A DNA stretch of 64,000 bases, from positions 182,342,001 through 182,406,000 of the forward strand of contig NC_133622.1 of the NCBI RefSeq assembly GCF_048593235.1. The letters run 5' to 3'. Each line of letters opens with the position of its first letter. The stretch's first letter is position 1. Below the pieces are notes generated by a model. The model saw nothing but the letters and a program-made list of their open reading frames with translations, had not been told where the DNA came from and searched no databases. The position numbers and the translations under genes are program-made. This DNA is from Sminthopsis crassicaudata. Taxonomy: Eukaryota. Shown here piece after piece: positions 37,309 to 50,600 of the stretch.

Positions 37309-40300
37309 TATCCAACTCTTTTATTTTCTACTTAGAGAGGGCACAGTTTGCCTAGGATAATTATGAGTAATAATAATAATAATATAATATGTATTCATTA
37401 ATATTAGTAATATTTAGGTAATAAGTAGCAGAACCAAAAGTTCTTTGACTCAAATCCAGTACTCTTCCCATTAATCCACAACTGTCTCCTTATTCTTTGT
37501 TTCTCTAATTGATTCCAAGAAGAGTCCATCAATAAACATTTTTTAAGTGCCTGCTGTGTTCTAGGTATTCTGCTAGGTGTTAAGAAAATCAAACAGTTCC
37601 TACTTACAACAAATGTCTATTGGGTAAAAGAACATATACACACGAAGGTGTATAAGCCCTGGAAAGAGATCTGTTCCTTTTGGGAAGTCAATAAAAATGT
37701 CACAGTTTTATGAACAAGGGCCATTTTGTGGACAAGTTTTCTAAATTGGGGAAAAATTATTGCCCTGCACCTGAGGTTATATCAAAGTCCATTAGAAAGA
37801 TTACTAGATCTGCAGTGAGAAGTTCCAGGTTCAAATCCTGACTTCCACTTGGATCTGTATAGCTTTGGGCAAGTCACAACTCCATTGTGCATTTTAACCC
37901 TTTTTTGTGGAGTAACTTGGATGTCCTTTTGTTGGCCTCTGCAAAAGACACTCATTCTCCTTCTTTATAAAATAAAGCTTAGAATGAGGCAAGTAACTAC
38001 CTCAAATTTAGGGAATGGAGATAAGATTTATATCCAGATCCCTCACTCTAAAACCAGGGTGCATCTTTGCTGCCCCATACTACTCTGCTATGGAAAGTTG
38101 TTGTGTCTCCTGGTGATGGGCAAAGAATTAGATATTTCATTTCTAGGCTGTGTGACTCAGGGCTCCCAAATCCGGGGGGGAAATTCAGGCATTCTCCAGT
38201 CAATAGCTGCTTTCACCAATAAAGGCAACTTGTACATTTGGGGCCCAGAGTCTCATCTATTATGAGAGGGGAAGTGGAGTTCGGAATGTGGCCCAGCTGA
38301 GTTCATGCTTTACTGTGAATCCTTTTGTCTTTCTAAGTGGCAGAGCTGGGTTAGTGTTCACGGAATTATACTTAAAGCAGAAAACTCTTGCTGTGGACAA
38401 TTTTCTCATTCTCTGAGTAACTTTCTCCTCCTGCAACCATAAAAAGCAATGATAGGGAATAATTAGGTGTTTCTCTAGCTTTCCAATTTGTAGACAGCTG
38501 GAAAAATAGATGCACTAAATTCACCTGGGACTTTGAGTAGCAAAATGCTAAGGCGTCAATCAAATGACTGCCAGTTCTGAATTCATAGTGTGGGAGCAGA
38601 TGAAAACTGGAGGTTTTCTCCTTTTACAAAAATGAGAAAAAAAAAACACAAAACAAAACCAAAAAAACAATCAGCATGACAAAAAGACAGTGATAATAAT
38701 TGCTTTTATTGTTAAAATCTCATAATTCCCTGAAGCCCAATAATGGTGGTTGTGGTGATAATAATGGCTAGCAATCATATAGTACCCATGATATGTCAGG
38801 CATTATGCTAAGTGCCTTATAATTCCAATCTCATTTGATCCTCAAAGCAACCTGGGGATATAGGGTGCTATTGTTACACTATCATGAATGAGCTAGGAAA
38901 GGTATGTTAGTCTTCCCATTAACAGATGATGAAACTGAGATGCAAAGAGAACTGAAGTAGAACCCTGTGAGGCAGCAAGGTGGTTCAATGCATAAAAAAC
39001 TGGATCTGGAGTTAGGAAGACGAGTTCAAATTCAGCCTCATGATACACTTTTTCACTGTGTTAACCTGCCTCTTAGCCTCTGTTTGCCTCAGTTTCCTCA
39101 GCTGTAACATAGGAATAACACCACCACCTACCTTGCAGAGTTGTTATATGGGTATGAATGATTTGCTCAAATTTTCAATTCAATTCAAATTTGTTCTATT
39201 AGTTAAAATTAGTTCTATTAAAATAAAATAATTAAACATTGACTGTATGCAGGGCTGGGTATGCAAAGGTGAAAAATGACTGTTCCTGCCCTCTGAAAGC
39301 TTGCAGTTCATACTTCTTGGATACAGGATTTCATCAACTCCTTTTGTCAGTGCAGGTGGAAGCCCGGATAAGTATTTGTTGCTCATCTATTTTGTTTATA
39401 GCTGCTATGACCAAAAACCTTTCACTTTCTGATGGCTGGTCCTTTGAAGGCAGATATACAGTTGATCATTTGTTTTTACTCAAAATGTTGAAGTCTAGTA
39501 GCACCTGCCAGAGCTTATTCTCTCTTGGTGGACTTTTGGGGAATCATCCTTCTCCAATCCATTCAGAGTCGTCATCATTGCCGACTTCAGTGGAGGGACA
39601 ATCCATGAGGCAATAAGGAATAGTCTCTTCAATTTAGAAAGGACTTGCATTATACTCTAGCATGCAACTGGAAGGGGAAGATAAAGGAGATGAGAATAAA
39701 GAATTCCTGGATGCAAGGTGTTAGTGGAGACAGAATTTTTTTTATTATTGTCTAAAATATGCCCATGTTGTTACCAAAGGATGGGAAAGGACTGGGGCAA
39801 GTCACTTTGCCTCTCTGAGATGTCCTTGATGACCTCTTCCAAGTCTAAATCTATGAGTTCATGATTCTTAATCCTCATGGAACTTATAGTCTAATAAGGG
39901 AAAAATAACATGCATAGGCAGTTTGACTTCCGCCAGAGTCACAATTTGTTGGTGTGGGTTCTCCATCTGTTGCCAGAAGCAGTTTCCCCTGCCTTAGGAA
40001 CATAATTTCCTGAGCAGATGTGGCTAGAAATAGTTATTGTTAGGTGGTCGACCCAATGGTGCTGAGCCATCCTAACATTCTCTATTCTGGCCATCAGACA
40101 ACAAACTACAATCTAGTCCGGGAGCTAAGCAGATGAAAGTCTGGCCAGATAGAGAGAAATTCAGCCCAGCTTATAGAATATCTTCCTAACATTTGCAGTT
40201 GTCCAAAAATGGAACAGACTGCCTTGGGAGGTACTAGAGTCAGGGGCATGAGACTTGTTCATCCCTGGAGGACTTTAAGGAAAGCACAGAAAGACTTTTC

Positions 40301-42107
40301 AGACTTGATGCCTAAGATTTCTGTTTAGTTATTATTTGACCTTTGAGGTCCCCTTTTGGTTTAGATTGGGAAGCCATTACTTCCCACTTAACATTACAGT
40401 CACATTAAAAACTTATAATTGCTAGTATTTAGATGGATCTTTAAGGGTTGCAAAGCATCTTCCAAATTTTAAAAGCAGATAATAATTGCACAAGAGAGTT
40501 GTGAAGGTCAAATAAGGTAATATTTGTATAACGTTTACTACAGTGCCTCATATAAATGCTTATATATAATGCTTATTTATACCACTGTTTAAATGCATAT
40601 TATCTTTCCATTCCCTTAATGTGAATAAAGTGCTTTACTTAAAACCAAACAAAATGAAAAAAAAAAAGAAAACAATTCAAATCCTACAAAGTACTATGTA
40701 AATGCCATCTCTAATTTTTCTGTACATCCTTAAGTATTGTTGATTTGAATGATTCTTGCTGACTCCAAAGGTGATGAAGAGTGAATGAGAGTTCACTGAT
40801 CCCTAGCAGGAAAAGGAGCCCTCTTTTTTAGGGCCTTACTTTAGAACCCTCTTAGATTCTCATCATATGAAGAGAATATTCATCTCTGACGCTATCTGTC
40901 TTAACTCCCCCAATCTCCTGTCACATAGTTGAGAATAAAGCCTATCTCCCCCAGCATTTTTAGAATGTTTTGCCCATAGTAAGTGATAACAGGTTGCTGG
41001 TGAAATAATCAAGTCCTGTCCTAATCAGAAAATAGAAGAAGGGTATTAACTACTATAATAGAAACTTTCTGAGATCAATTATTATCTTCTCTCATAGAAT
41101 CATAGAATTAGAGCATGAAAGGACTTTAGAGATCATCTAGTTCAAGTCCCTAATTTTACAGCAGAGGATACTGAGTCCCAGAAGAAATAACATTTGTTTC
41201 TCCAGCAGCCAGGATCAAGTATTGCACACACAATAAGATAGGCTCTTTGAATTTAGGATTGGAAGGAGGCTTCAAGGGCACCTATTTCCACTACCTCATT
41301 TTACAATTGAGGAAGCTTAAGCATTCAAAAGGGGATTGAGTTGCCTGGAGATCCACAGCTAATAACCAGCAGCAAAGGGATTTGAATCCAGGGATTGTTG
41401 CTCGGAATCTTGGTCTCTTCCTACTATACCATCTTGCCTCTCAAAAACAAAGTCTGTTGAATTTAATTGAATTAAGGGAGAAAATGCCATTGAAATGCTT
41501 TATCTAAACATCAGCATTTCTGAGGTATTTTTCCTCAGCATAAAATCAAGGCAGTATCCCAAAGGCAACTCATGCAGATGGTGAGGTATTTCAGATGAAA
41601 ATATTTAAAACCATCCAGAAGACATTGTTTGCCAATTTTTACTGAAAGTGCTGTCATAAATGAGATACCATTTTGAGAGTTCCACACTCAAGCTCCTCTT
41701 AACCTTAGATCTGGCCTGAGACAATTTAATCTTAATATATATGTTTAAAATGATGCTCTCATCTGTGCCACTTTCAGGCAGATTTTAGCCTAGGGTAATA
41801 TTGCTCAAATGAGTTCTAAGGGCTTCAACAACTGTACTTAGGATGGAAATACCGACAAGCTGTTAAATATAATGATGCTATAAAGGAATTAAAACTAACC
41901 CTACCAACCATTCTAATTTAGGTAGAGACAGATGGGGAAACTGAATCATGTGTCAAAGAACTCTTTGAAAACATGAAATAAAATATTACAAATGTAATTA
42001 CTCAACCTATTTAGGAAACAGCCACTCTCTAAAATCGCTTACAATCTCTACTTAGAGATTGCCCGTTTATCAGATATTGCTTGTAGCAGGATGCTCATCC
42101 CTTGCAG

Positions 42108-42207
42108 TCACCAAATGCCCGGCACTTTCTGATTGAAAGTTTGGATTTAAAACTAGACTCCAAGCTGCTACTCAGAATACCAGCCCCTATAGGGAAGAAA
42201 AATGAAG
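42108..42207 (+). other. Candidate 100-nt exon, open frame SPNARHFLIESLDLKLDSKLLLRIPAPIGKKNE(G), phase 0 to 1
   Basis: Moderate acceptor ctcatcccttgcag; good donor AAG|gtgaga; no stop codon in frame 0. Confidence 0.25.
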
Positions 42208-43259
42208 GTGAGATTCATCCCTCCTGGTCATCTGCATGCCATATGTTCTCTACTCAAAGCATTCTTTCCCTCTTTCCAACTAGAACTTTGGTCTCTGCCT
42301 CTGAGTCTCCTAGTGGGTAAAATTTTGCTTTCCGTGGCTGAAGCCTAGATCTCCACCCCACTTCTCGGCTATTCTTCCTCTCCTCTCTCAGTCTGTTTTC
42401 CAAGTCCCTTTTATGTGTTATCTCCTTCCTCAAGAATGTAATCTCCTTGAGGGCAAGGACTATTTTGTTTGTTTTTATTTATATCCCAATATTTCTATCA
42501 GAGTTATAATATATACTTAATAAGTGCTTTACCTCTCTCTAATCTCATAACTGCATTAGGATGATAATCATGATAAAAGTATCATTTTCATATAGTGCCA
42601 TAGGATTGATGAATCATCCTCCATATATTCGGCAACCCTTTGAAGTTATTTCCATTTCAAATATGAGAAAATTGAGACTTGGAAATAAAATAAATTTCTT
42701 ATGATCACATAGCTAGGAAATGACCATGTCACCATTTAAGCCCAAAGTCTGGGATCCTGAGTCCAAGCACAGGGTCATTATACTAGTGTTTATTAACCTA
42801 AAGAATACATTTGTTCTGTAATCTTTTTTTTTTTTTTTCTGATTCTTCATTGAACTCCTAACTTTTGGCTTTTCTCCATCTTTCATTCACTTTCCACAAA
42901 CCTAACCATGTACTTCCTTGCTCAAGAACCCTAAGTGGCTCCTATTACTCTCATGAAAAGACTTTTTATAATCTAATCCCAGCCTTATTGTCCATTAATT
43001 CCTGTATTTATTTTTAAATCAGACAGATATACTCGCCATATTCCAGACTGACCTTCCAGACTTTCATTGGTTGGCTTGTTTCTTCTCTCTTTTGGAATCA
43101 CTAGTTTCTTTCAAAGGTTCAGCTCCCAGACCATTTCTCATGGATCTTTATTCTTGATCCTCCTCATTGTTAACATTCTCTCCCTCCTCTCAAATTATCC
43201 CAGATATACTTAGCTATTGATATACTGTATTCTTACAGTATTTTAATAATGTATAAGTA

Positions 43260-43450
43260 CACAGATTACATAGATTATATATAGATTATAGATTATTTAT
43301 ACATATATAATGTACATTATATGTATATACATTATATATGTATAGGTACACATACAGACACATATATATGCATATATACACATATAAATATACACACAAA
43401 CATATACACATAGCTATCTATCTATTTGCATATGCTATACACACACACAT
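43260..43450. repeat. Degenerate (TA/CA)n microsatellite
   Basis: acagattacatagattatatatagattata...catatacacatata. Confidence 0.85.
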
Positions 43451-43599
43451 ATGTCTTTTTGGAAAGGAATTGTGGTATAGTAGAGTTAGTCTTAGATACA
43501 GGAAGACATGGATTCAGTTTCCCATCTGCATATTGAGGAAGTCACTAAGCCTGTCAGTGCTTTAGATCAACCTTGTGGGCTGCAATAGGTTGACAAGAC

Positions 43600-43753
43600 T
43601 CTTCAATGTAATGAGAACCAGATTAAAATTTAATTGAGAAACATTTAACAAAATAAATAAAATATAATACAAGATAGATAATATTAATTTATGGTTTTCT
43701 ACGTCACTTTGTGGACCATGGGAACCCCTTTCCATTGGAGTTTGACATCACTG
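43600..43753. mobile_element. hAT (Charlie-type) MITE, left end truncated
   Basis: Right TIR gagtttgacatcactg; body cagattaaaat...tttaacaaaataa matches the 16052 element. Confidence 0.7.
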
Positions 43754-44520
43754 TTCTATGATGTAACTGTCTACCTAATTGTAAATTGCAGAGAAGGGGT
43801 GAACCTGCATTGAGAGAGGGGATTTTTCCACCTGAGAATTCCTTACAATGTAGTCACAGATAGGGTTCCTAGTTCTAACCTTTTTGTTATTTCATTCTTA
43901 TAAATTGCCTAAAGTCAGATACATGTGTTATTTACCTTTGTATCCCACTACTCCTCAGTGTACTTAGTTCAGGACTACACACAGTAGACACTTAATAATT
44001 ACCACTGGGCTGAGGAGTGATGGATTTGGGCAGAGATTGAGACTATGGGTATATAATTATAGTCAGAGAGAGAATTTGAGGTTTACAGATATGCTTTTCT
44101 CATTACTAGGGCAGGGGTGAAAATATCCAGAATATGGTATGTGATGAGGAAGTGAAAGTGGCGGTTTTTTTTTTTTTTCATGGAATGGAGCATCTGGTTC
44201 TATTTTATAATTCCCAGCAGAAATAGGACAATTCCCTTGGTCTCCCCAAGCAGACAGGGAAATGAAGCCCTAGCCTATGAGTTTGTTTGCCAGATATTTG
44301 GATCTGTGAAACACCCAGCTGGGATGTGGATGAAGGGATTTTTTTTGTTATTATAAAACTTTGTATTGCATAGGATGATAAGGTATGGTTGGGTTGTTAC
44401 CTGATTGTTATATGTATTGGTTGTGAGAGTTCTCACACTTAGAAGATGGATTCATAGAAAAAACAAAGCATATTTTTGGTATGAATTACTTGGGAAAAGA
44501 AATAATTTTGATATGGCTTC

Positions 44521-45743
44521 TTTTTTATTAAAGCTTTTTATTTTCATAACATATCCTTGGATAATTTTTCAACACTGACCTTTGCAAAACCTTGTGTTCC
44601 AATTTCCTCCCTTCTCCTTACCCCCTCCCTTAGATGGCAAATAATCTAATATATGCTAAACATAATAAAAATATATGTTGAATCTAATAAATGCATACAT
44701 ATTCATACAATTATCTTGCTGCACAAGAAAAATCAGATCAAAAAGGAAAAAAATTAGAAACAAAATAACATGCAAGCAAACAACAACAAAAAGGTGAAAA
44801 TCCTATGTTGTAATCTACACTCAGTTCCCACATCCTTCTCTCTGAGTGTAGATGGCTTTCTTCATCACAAGATCACTGGAACTGGTCTGAATCATTCTCA
44901 TTGTTGAAGAGATCCACATCCATCAGAATTTACCATAACAAATTCAGCCCTTCTTCAACTGATGGGCAGTTTATTGTCACTACAAAACGTATTTCCAGAA
45001 ACATTTTTTGTACATATGGATCCCTTTCCTTCCTTTAAGATTTCTTTGGGATATAAATCCAATAGAAACATTGCTGGATCAATTATGCACATTTTGATAG
45101 CCCTTTGGACACAGTTCCAAATTACTCTCCAGAATGACTGGATCAGTTCACAACTCCACCAACAATGTATCAGTGTCCCAGTTTTCCCACATCACCTCCA
45201 ACATTCGTCATTGTCTTTTCCTGTCATCTTAGCCAATCTGAGAGGTGTATAATGGTACTTCAGAGTTGTCTTGATTTGTATTTCTCTGATCAATAGTGAT
45301 TTAGAGCACCTTTTCATATGATTAGAAATGGTTTCAAGTTCTTCATCTGAAAATTGTCTGTTCATATATTTTGACCATTTATCAGTTGGAGAATGGCTTA
45401 AATTTTTATAAATTTGAGTCAATTCTCTATATGTTTTAGAAATAAAGACTTTATCAGAATTGTTGAATGTAAAAATGTTTTCCCAGTTTATTGCTTCCCT
45501 TCTAACCTTGCCTATGTTAGTTTTGTTTGTGCAAAACCTTTTTAACTTAATATAATCAAAATTATCTATTTTGTGTTCAATAATGAACTCCAATTATTCT
45601 TTGGCCACAAATTCCTTTCTTCTCCACAAATCTGAGAGGCAAATTATTCTTTGTTTTTCTAATTTGCTTATAATATCATTCTTTATGTCTACATCATGAT
45701 CTTATTTCTATCTTGATATACAGTGTTAGGTGTGGGTCAGTGA
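44521..45743 (-). mobile_element. 5'-truncated, internally deleted marsupial L1 with ORF2 remnant
   Basis: ORF 45192-45593 (DNFDYIKLKRFCTNK...DKWSKYMNRQFS...HMKRCSKSLLIREIQIKTTLKYHYTPLRLAKM) is L1 ORF2; exact TSD atatggcttc at 44511-44520 and 45744-45753. Confidence 0.95.
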
Positions 45744-46609
45744 ATATGGCTTCATTTTTATGAAAGCCATGTTCATGTATATATTCTACTGATGGTAGGC
45801 TGATTCAGATAAATAGAAATATCTGAAGAGAGAGTATTTATGAATTACTTTCTTTGTGCTTACAATAAAAATACAAGTGAATAAGCCAGAGCTGATCTGC
45901 AAGAAGTTTACATTCTCATCAGAGAAGACAACACACAAAAAGGTGAGAAAGGTTTTGATAACACAGATGGGGACAAGTTAATGAGGAAGAAGAGAAGAAG
46001 AGAATGAGTCAAAATAAGAGTGAGCCACTGGGTATCTTCTTGAAATGGGTCTAGCAAAGGGAGCTACTAACTAAGAGAGTGGAATCTTAGTGGGGAGGTC
46101 TCTCAGGGAGTTGATGAGAAAGAAGATGAGTATAAAAATGAATTGAAGTATAGGTGAAGCATGGTATATGTTTGATTATTCTTTTTATGTGTTTGTATGT
46201 GTTTTAAATTCTATGTTTGCCCAAGAAAAGATGCAAATTTTGTAGCTCTTATGGAACACACTTCAATGACTATTGGATATATTGCATTAACTGTTGGTGT
46301 AGGAAAATCAAATATTTCAAGGATCATTCAAAGAACAATGAAATAGGATCAGTTGCTTTGGAGTACAAAGGGATTCAAAAACAAAAACATCACCAAGAAA
46401 TGACCAATGATTGCTATACCATAGCCTCATTAATTCTCATACATAAAAATTTTAAGAAAGATCTGGGAATGGAGCAATTATTACTGATCCCTCCTTCTAC
46501 CATGTGTCATAGACTTCTTGTAGTTGCAAAAAACTAAGAAATCTAGTTTAAAAGTAGCTTCTAACTTGGCTGTTGTCATGGGCTAAATAGTATTAGAGCA
46601 CTTAAGACT

Positions 46610-46718
46610 AGTGGAAGATTATACATGAAGAAAGATGTTATCTGCATCCAGAAAAAAACCTGATAAATAGAAATATATATGTAGAATAATTTTACACATA
46701 CTGCATATGAATGTACAC

Positions 46719-46758
<40 letters not shown>

Positions 46759-46985
46759 CTCCATCCATCTATCCATATGTCCATATGTATTTATGTCTAA
46801 TGGTAGATATCTCTAGGGTTAGCTGGGGGAGGGGAAAAAGGCTAAAAAAAAAAAAAAGAAATGTACACGATAATTTTATTATATGTTTATAAGTTGTACA
46901 TAATGAATTTGAAGTTGCATGTGTATTTAAAAATTATACTGTTATGAAAATGTTTCATTCTATAAATTAAAAATAAGTAAACATT
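46610..46985 (+). mobile_element. Old L1 3' end containing (GT)n(AT)n at 46719-46758
   Basis: gaaagatgttatctgcatccagaaaaaa.cctgataaatagaa motif, G-rich tract and A-rich tail. Confidence 0.6.
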
Positions 46986-49900
46986 TGAAAAAAATATTGC
47001 TGTGGTTATAAAGATTAGAAAAAGTGAAATTTTTATTGCTGTAACTCACCTTTTGATTTAAGCTCTGCTAAACCTCTGGCAGAAAAAGTTGAAATAAGCG
47101 GCCATGGGCATCTTCCTCAAACTATGAAATATCTACGTAAACACAAATTTAGTGGATTTTCTATATCTGAGAGACTTGGAATTCTTGTCTCCACTGAGGG
47201 AGTGATGGTTTCTGATAAATATATTGATTTAATGAAAAGTATAATTGTTCCAGAATTATAAAAATTCCAAAACATGAAATATTGCAATACTGCCTCCCAT
47301 CATTCCTCTGCCTCGTGTGATGAAAGGCTAAGAAATTCATTCAAGATATTGAGATAAACATGCTCAAATTTCCTTATTTAAGCACTTTTTGAAAACCTGT
47401 GGACAATAATTCAAGTTTGCTTTGGGAAAAATGGATCATTCATCAGAGTTAGGCTTAACATCCAATATGATAAAAGTATGGTTTCATGATAAAGAAGTAA
47501 AGAATGTGGTCCAAATCTTGGGAACTCAGTGCCAAAGCACGTATAAAAATGATTACAGCAAGTAGATATATCGCATACTTGACCATTTTTAAGATATAAA
47601 AATTATGAAGCTTCTTGTGTAAGCTTTTATTTTTAATACATTTCATCTTTAATACATTTATTACTTTTTTATTTTTAATAAATTTAATCATTTTTACTTT
47701 GTCAGTTAATCCAAACATTTTTTATAAGAATATATTAAAAAGAAAAATGTCACTCATTGGTACTTTATTCTCCCACATGTACTTTTTATCTGATAGCAGA
47801 ACTAGTTCTATTTCTGGCTTGGAACCACTATGTATGGTATAAAGGTATAAAATAGATGCATTTTCAAGGAATTAGAATAGAATCAAATACGCCCTCCCCT
47901 CAAATGTCCCTGATAAGGGCTTTAGAGACCATTTTACTACATCTTCGTATGTCACCTCCTCCAAGATCCTTGCTTGTCCTGATACTTGAATATGATTTTA
48001 TATGCTCTCATGGATAGTAATAGCTAAAGTGTATGCAGTGCTTTTAAGGTTTGCAAAGTGCATTACTTATATTGTCACATTTCACTCTCACAACAAGACT
48101 GGGAAGAATTCCTCCTTTGCATTTCTTGGATTCTTAGTAAATCTTATTTATACTGGATGGGAGTATGGTATTAATTATAGTAGGTACCGTGATTCTCTTG
48201 TACTTATAGTAGATGAATAAATGAATGAGCAGGAAAAAACACAAGTTCCTTTGCCTTAAAGGCATTGACTTCAATTGATTCTGATTTCCTCTTCCCATTT
48301 AGTTTGGATCTAAAGGCACAAATTTTCAATTACTTTGTGCATGCCTCCTATACAATGTGGTTACCTATTTGCTCCAGGACTGTGGGGTTAAAGTAGTCAT
48401 TATATTCCCTCTCCCTCCAACACCTTTCAAAGGAAACCACAGTGTGTAAACCACTGGCTTGTCTCACATGTAGTGCACTAGTATATTAAGTAGGCTGTTA
48501 AAAATGTTATAAAATGGAGAAATAAGCTGGAAGAAAGGCTGGAATCTAGAGCATGCAATGTCAGGGCAGGCAGGGACATTAATTCCAACAGTGACTATAA
48601 ATATGAAGACTGTAAGGGTTTAGAAATCCAGTCTCTCTCTCACCTAGCATGTGTCTTGTCCCCTGCTAAATTGTAATGAAAGCAGGGACTATGTCTTATC
48701 TAAATCTTATACCTCCCTCGGAGCCAAGCATAGTGTTATACATACAGTAGACACTTGATATATGTAGGTTGGATTTTATTTTGAATTTATATGAGAGGAA
48801 ATTGAAACCCACAGAGGGTGAAGTCCAAGGTCACATGATAAATTAATTGTAGATAGAGTCAGGACAGGAACTCGGGCCCCTTTACTCCCCCCAGTCCCCG
48901 GCCCCTGTCCATTGTTCCTTCCCCAGCAGGGTATAGCTCTTGTTCTGTTTCTTATTTTGAGAGTGACTGTTTAGGATGAAACTCAACATTCAGGAACCCA
49001 AATAATAATGGTTCCAGATAAAATAACTGTCTAGATCAAGATTGATTTTCCTTCTGCCCAAATCCTTTGTTCCAACTTTGTTTAAAAAAAAGCCTTCTAA
49101 AAGTGTTTATTTCAAGCCATATGAAAGTAATAAGCAGACAGCCTACGGGGTAATACCTTTTACATGAATCTGTCTTTATCTTGTGGTCAGCGTTTCTTTC
49201 CGTCAAAATATTTCTACTCGCTAGGCTGGTCTGGTGTAGGAGAGAGCCCAGGGGAAACATCTTTTTCACTGCCTGGAACAAGTGGGGGCAATTTTGCCTC
49301 AATGGTCTGTATTATTCGTGGAAATAATAGCAGATGTTTATATACTGCCTAACATATATTATCTCATTTAAACTTTACCGCAATGGTGTGAGGTAGGTAC
49401 AACAGACATTATTATCCACATTCTACTGGAATGGGAGGAAACTGAGGTTCAGAAAGGCAAACACAAGCTCTCTCCTGAAGCCAGGTGCAGCACCCCACTG
49501 CACCACCAAGAAGGACTCTCAGAGGTGGTTACTTAGCATAATAGGCTTTCGGGCTTCCACCTCTGAATATTCTTTCCATAAAACTTTACCGAGATCCTTA
49601 TGTTTCTTTAATAGTTGTCTGCTTCAATTTTCCTCATTTTATAGATGAGAAAACTGAGGGTCAGAGAGAGGGTAAATGCCTTGACCAAGGTCTACAGATG
49701 GTGTGAACCAGAGCCAAGATTCTAAGCCTGCCCATCTGACGTCAACTGTAATGTTCTTTTCTTCAGAGCTCTCCTGGTGCCTCTTCAGGTTTTTATGTTA
49801 AAATAGCAAAAAAGAAAGAAAAAATCAAATGGAAATTAATTTCCATAAGCATAGAGTAGATTTTGATCACAGGTGGAATAAGTATTTTAACTCCATAACC

Positions 49901-50229
49901 CACCTAACTACACACTATGTCAGTCAAAGTTTGCTGAGGGCAATATCTTCCTTTCTTACATATACATCTATTGGTCTGACTACAGGTCACACATTTCCTC
50001 AGATATGGTCTGTGTAAAATCTAAGCGCTGTCAGTAATTGTTTTTCCTTTTTTGCTCACTGTGTGCCAAATTCCCCCCCCCCTTTCAAATTGATCTCACA
50101 TATATTTGGACCTGTAAGGTACATAACTTGTTTTATAGCAGAAATGGTCATTTTCTTAATAATATTTAGAAAGTATGTGTAACTTGTATGTTAGCATTTT
50201 AAAGCAAATAGGATGTGGAGGGCATTGAA

Positions 50230-50600
50230 AACTGTTACTGGACATGGACCTCAAAACACAGAATGTCAAGGATGTGAAGGACATTAGAATAGAGACTGTC
50301 AAAACTAGAGGGGCTTTAAAGTAAAGAATGTTGTCTAGTTAGTTGGTTAGAAGGGACTTTGGGACATAGATATCAGAGATAGAGGGAATCTTAGAATGAA
50401 TGCTGTTAAGAGTCGAAAGGAACCTTAGAACATGGAATATTAGAATGGAAAGGGACCTTGGTAAATGGAACTTTCTATCATCATTAGAGAATGCTTTATA
50501 ACATAGGATTATAGAGATGTGAGAAATACCTTAGAACACACAACATTGAAGCTGGAAGGAATCTTAGGTCACAGGAAGGAACCTTAGAAACCATCTGTGT
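50230..50600 (-). repeat. Degenerate tandem array (~8-9 units of ~31-35 bp) derived from the CR1/L3-MIR3 3' terminus
   Basis: Recurring aaca(t/c)agaat...ag(c)tggaagg(g)accttag units; the last unit runs into a MIR body. Confidence 0.7.
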
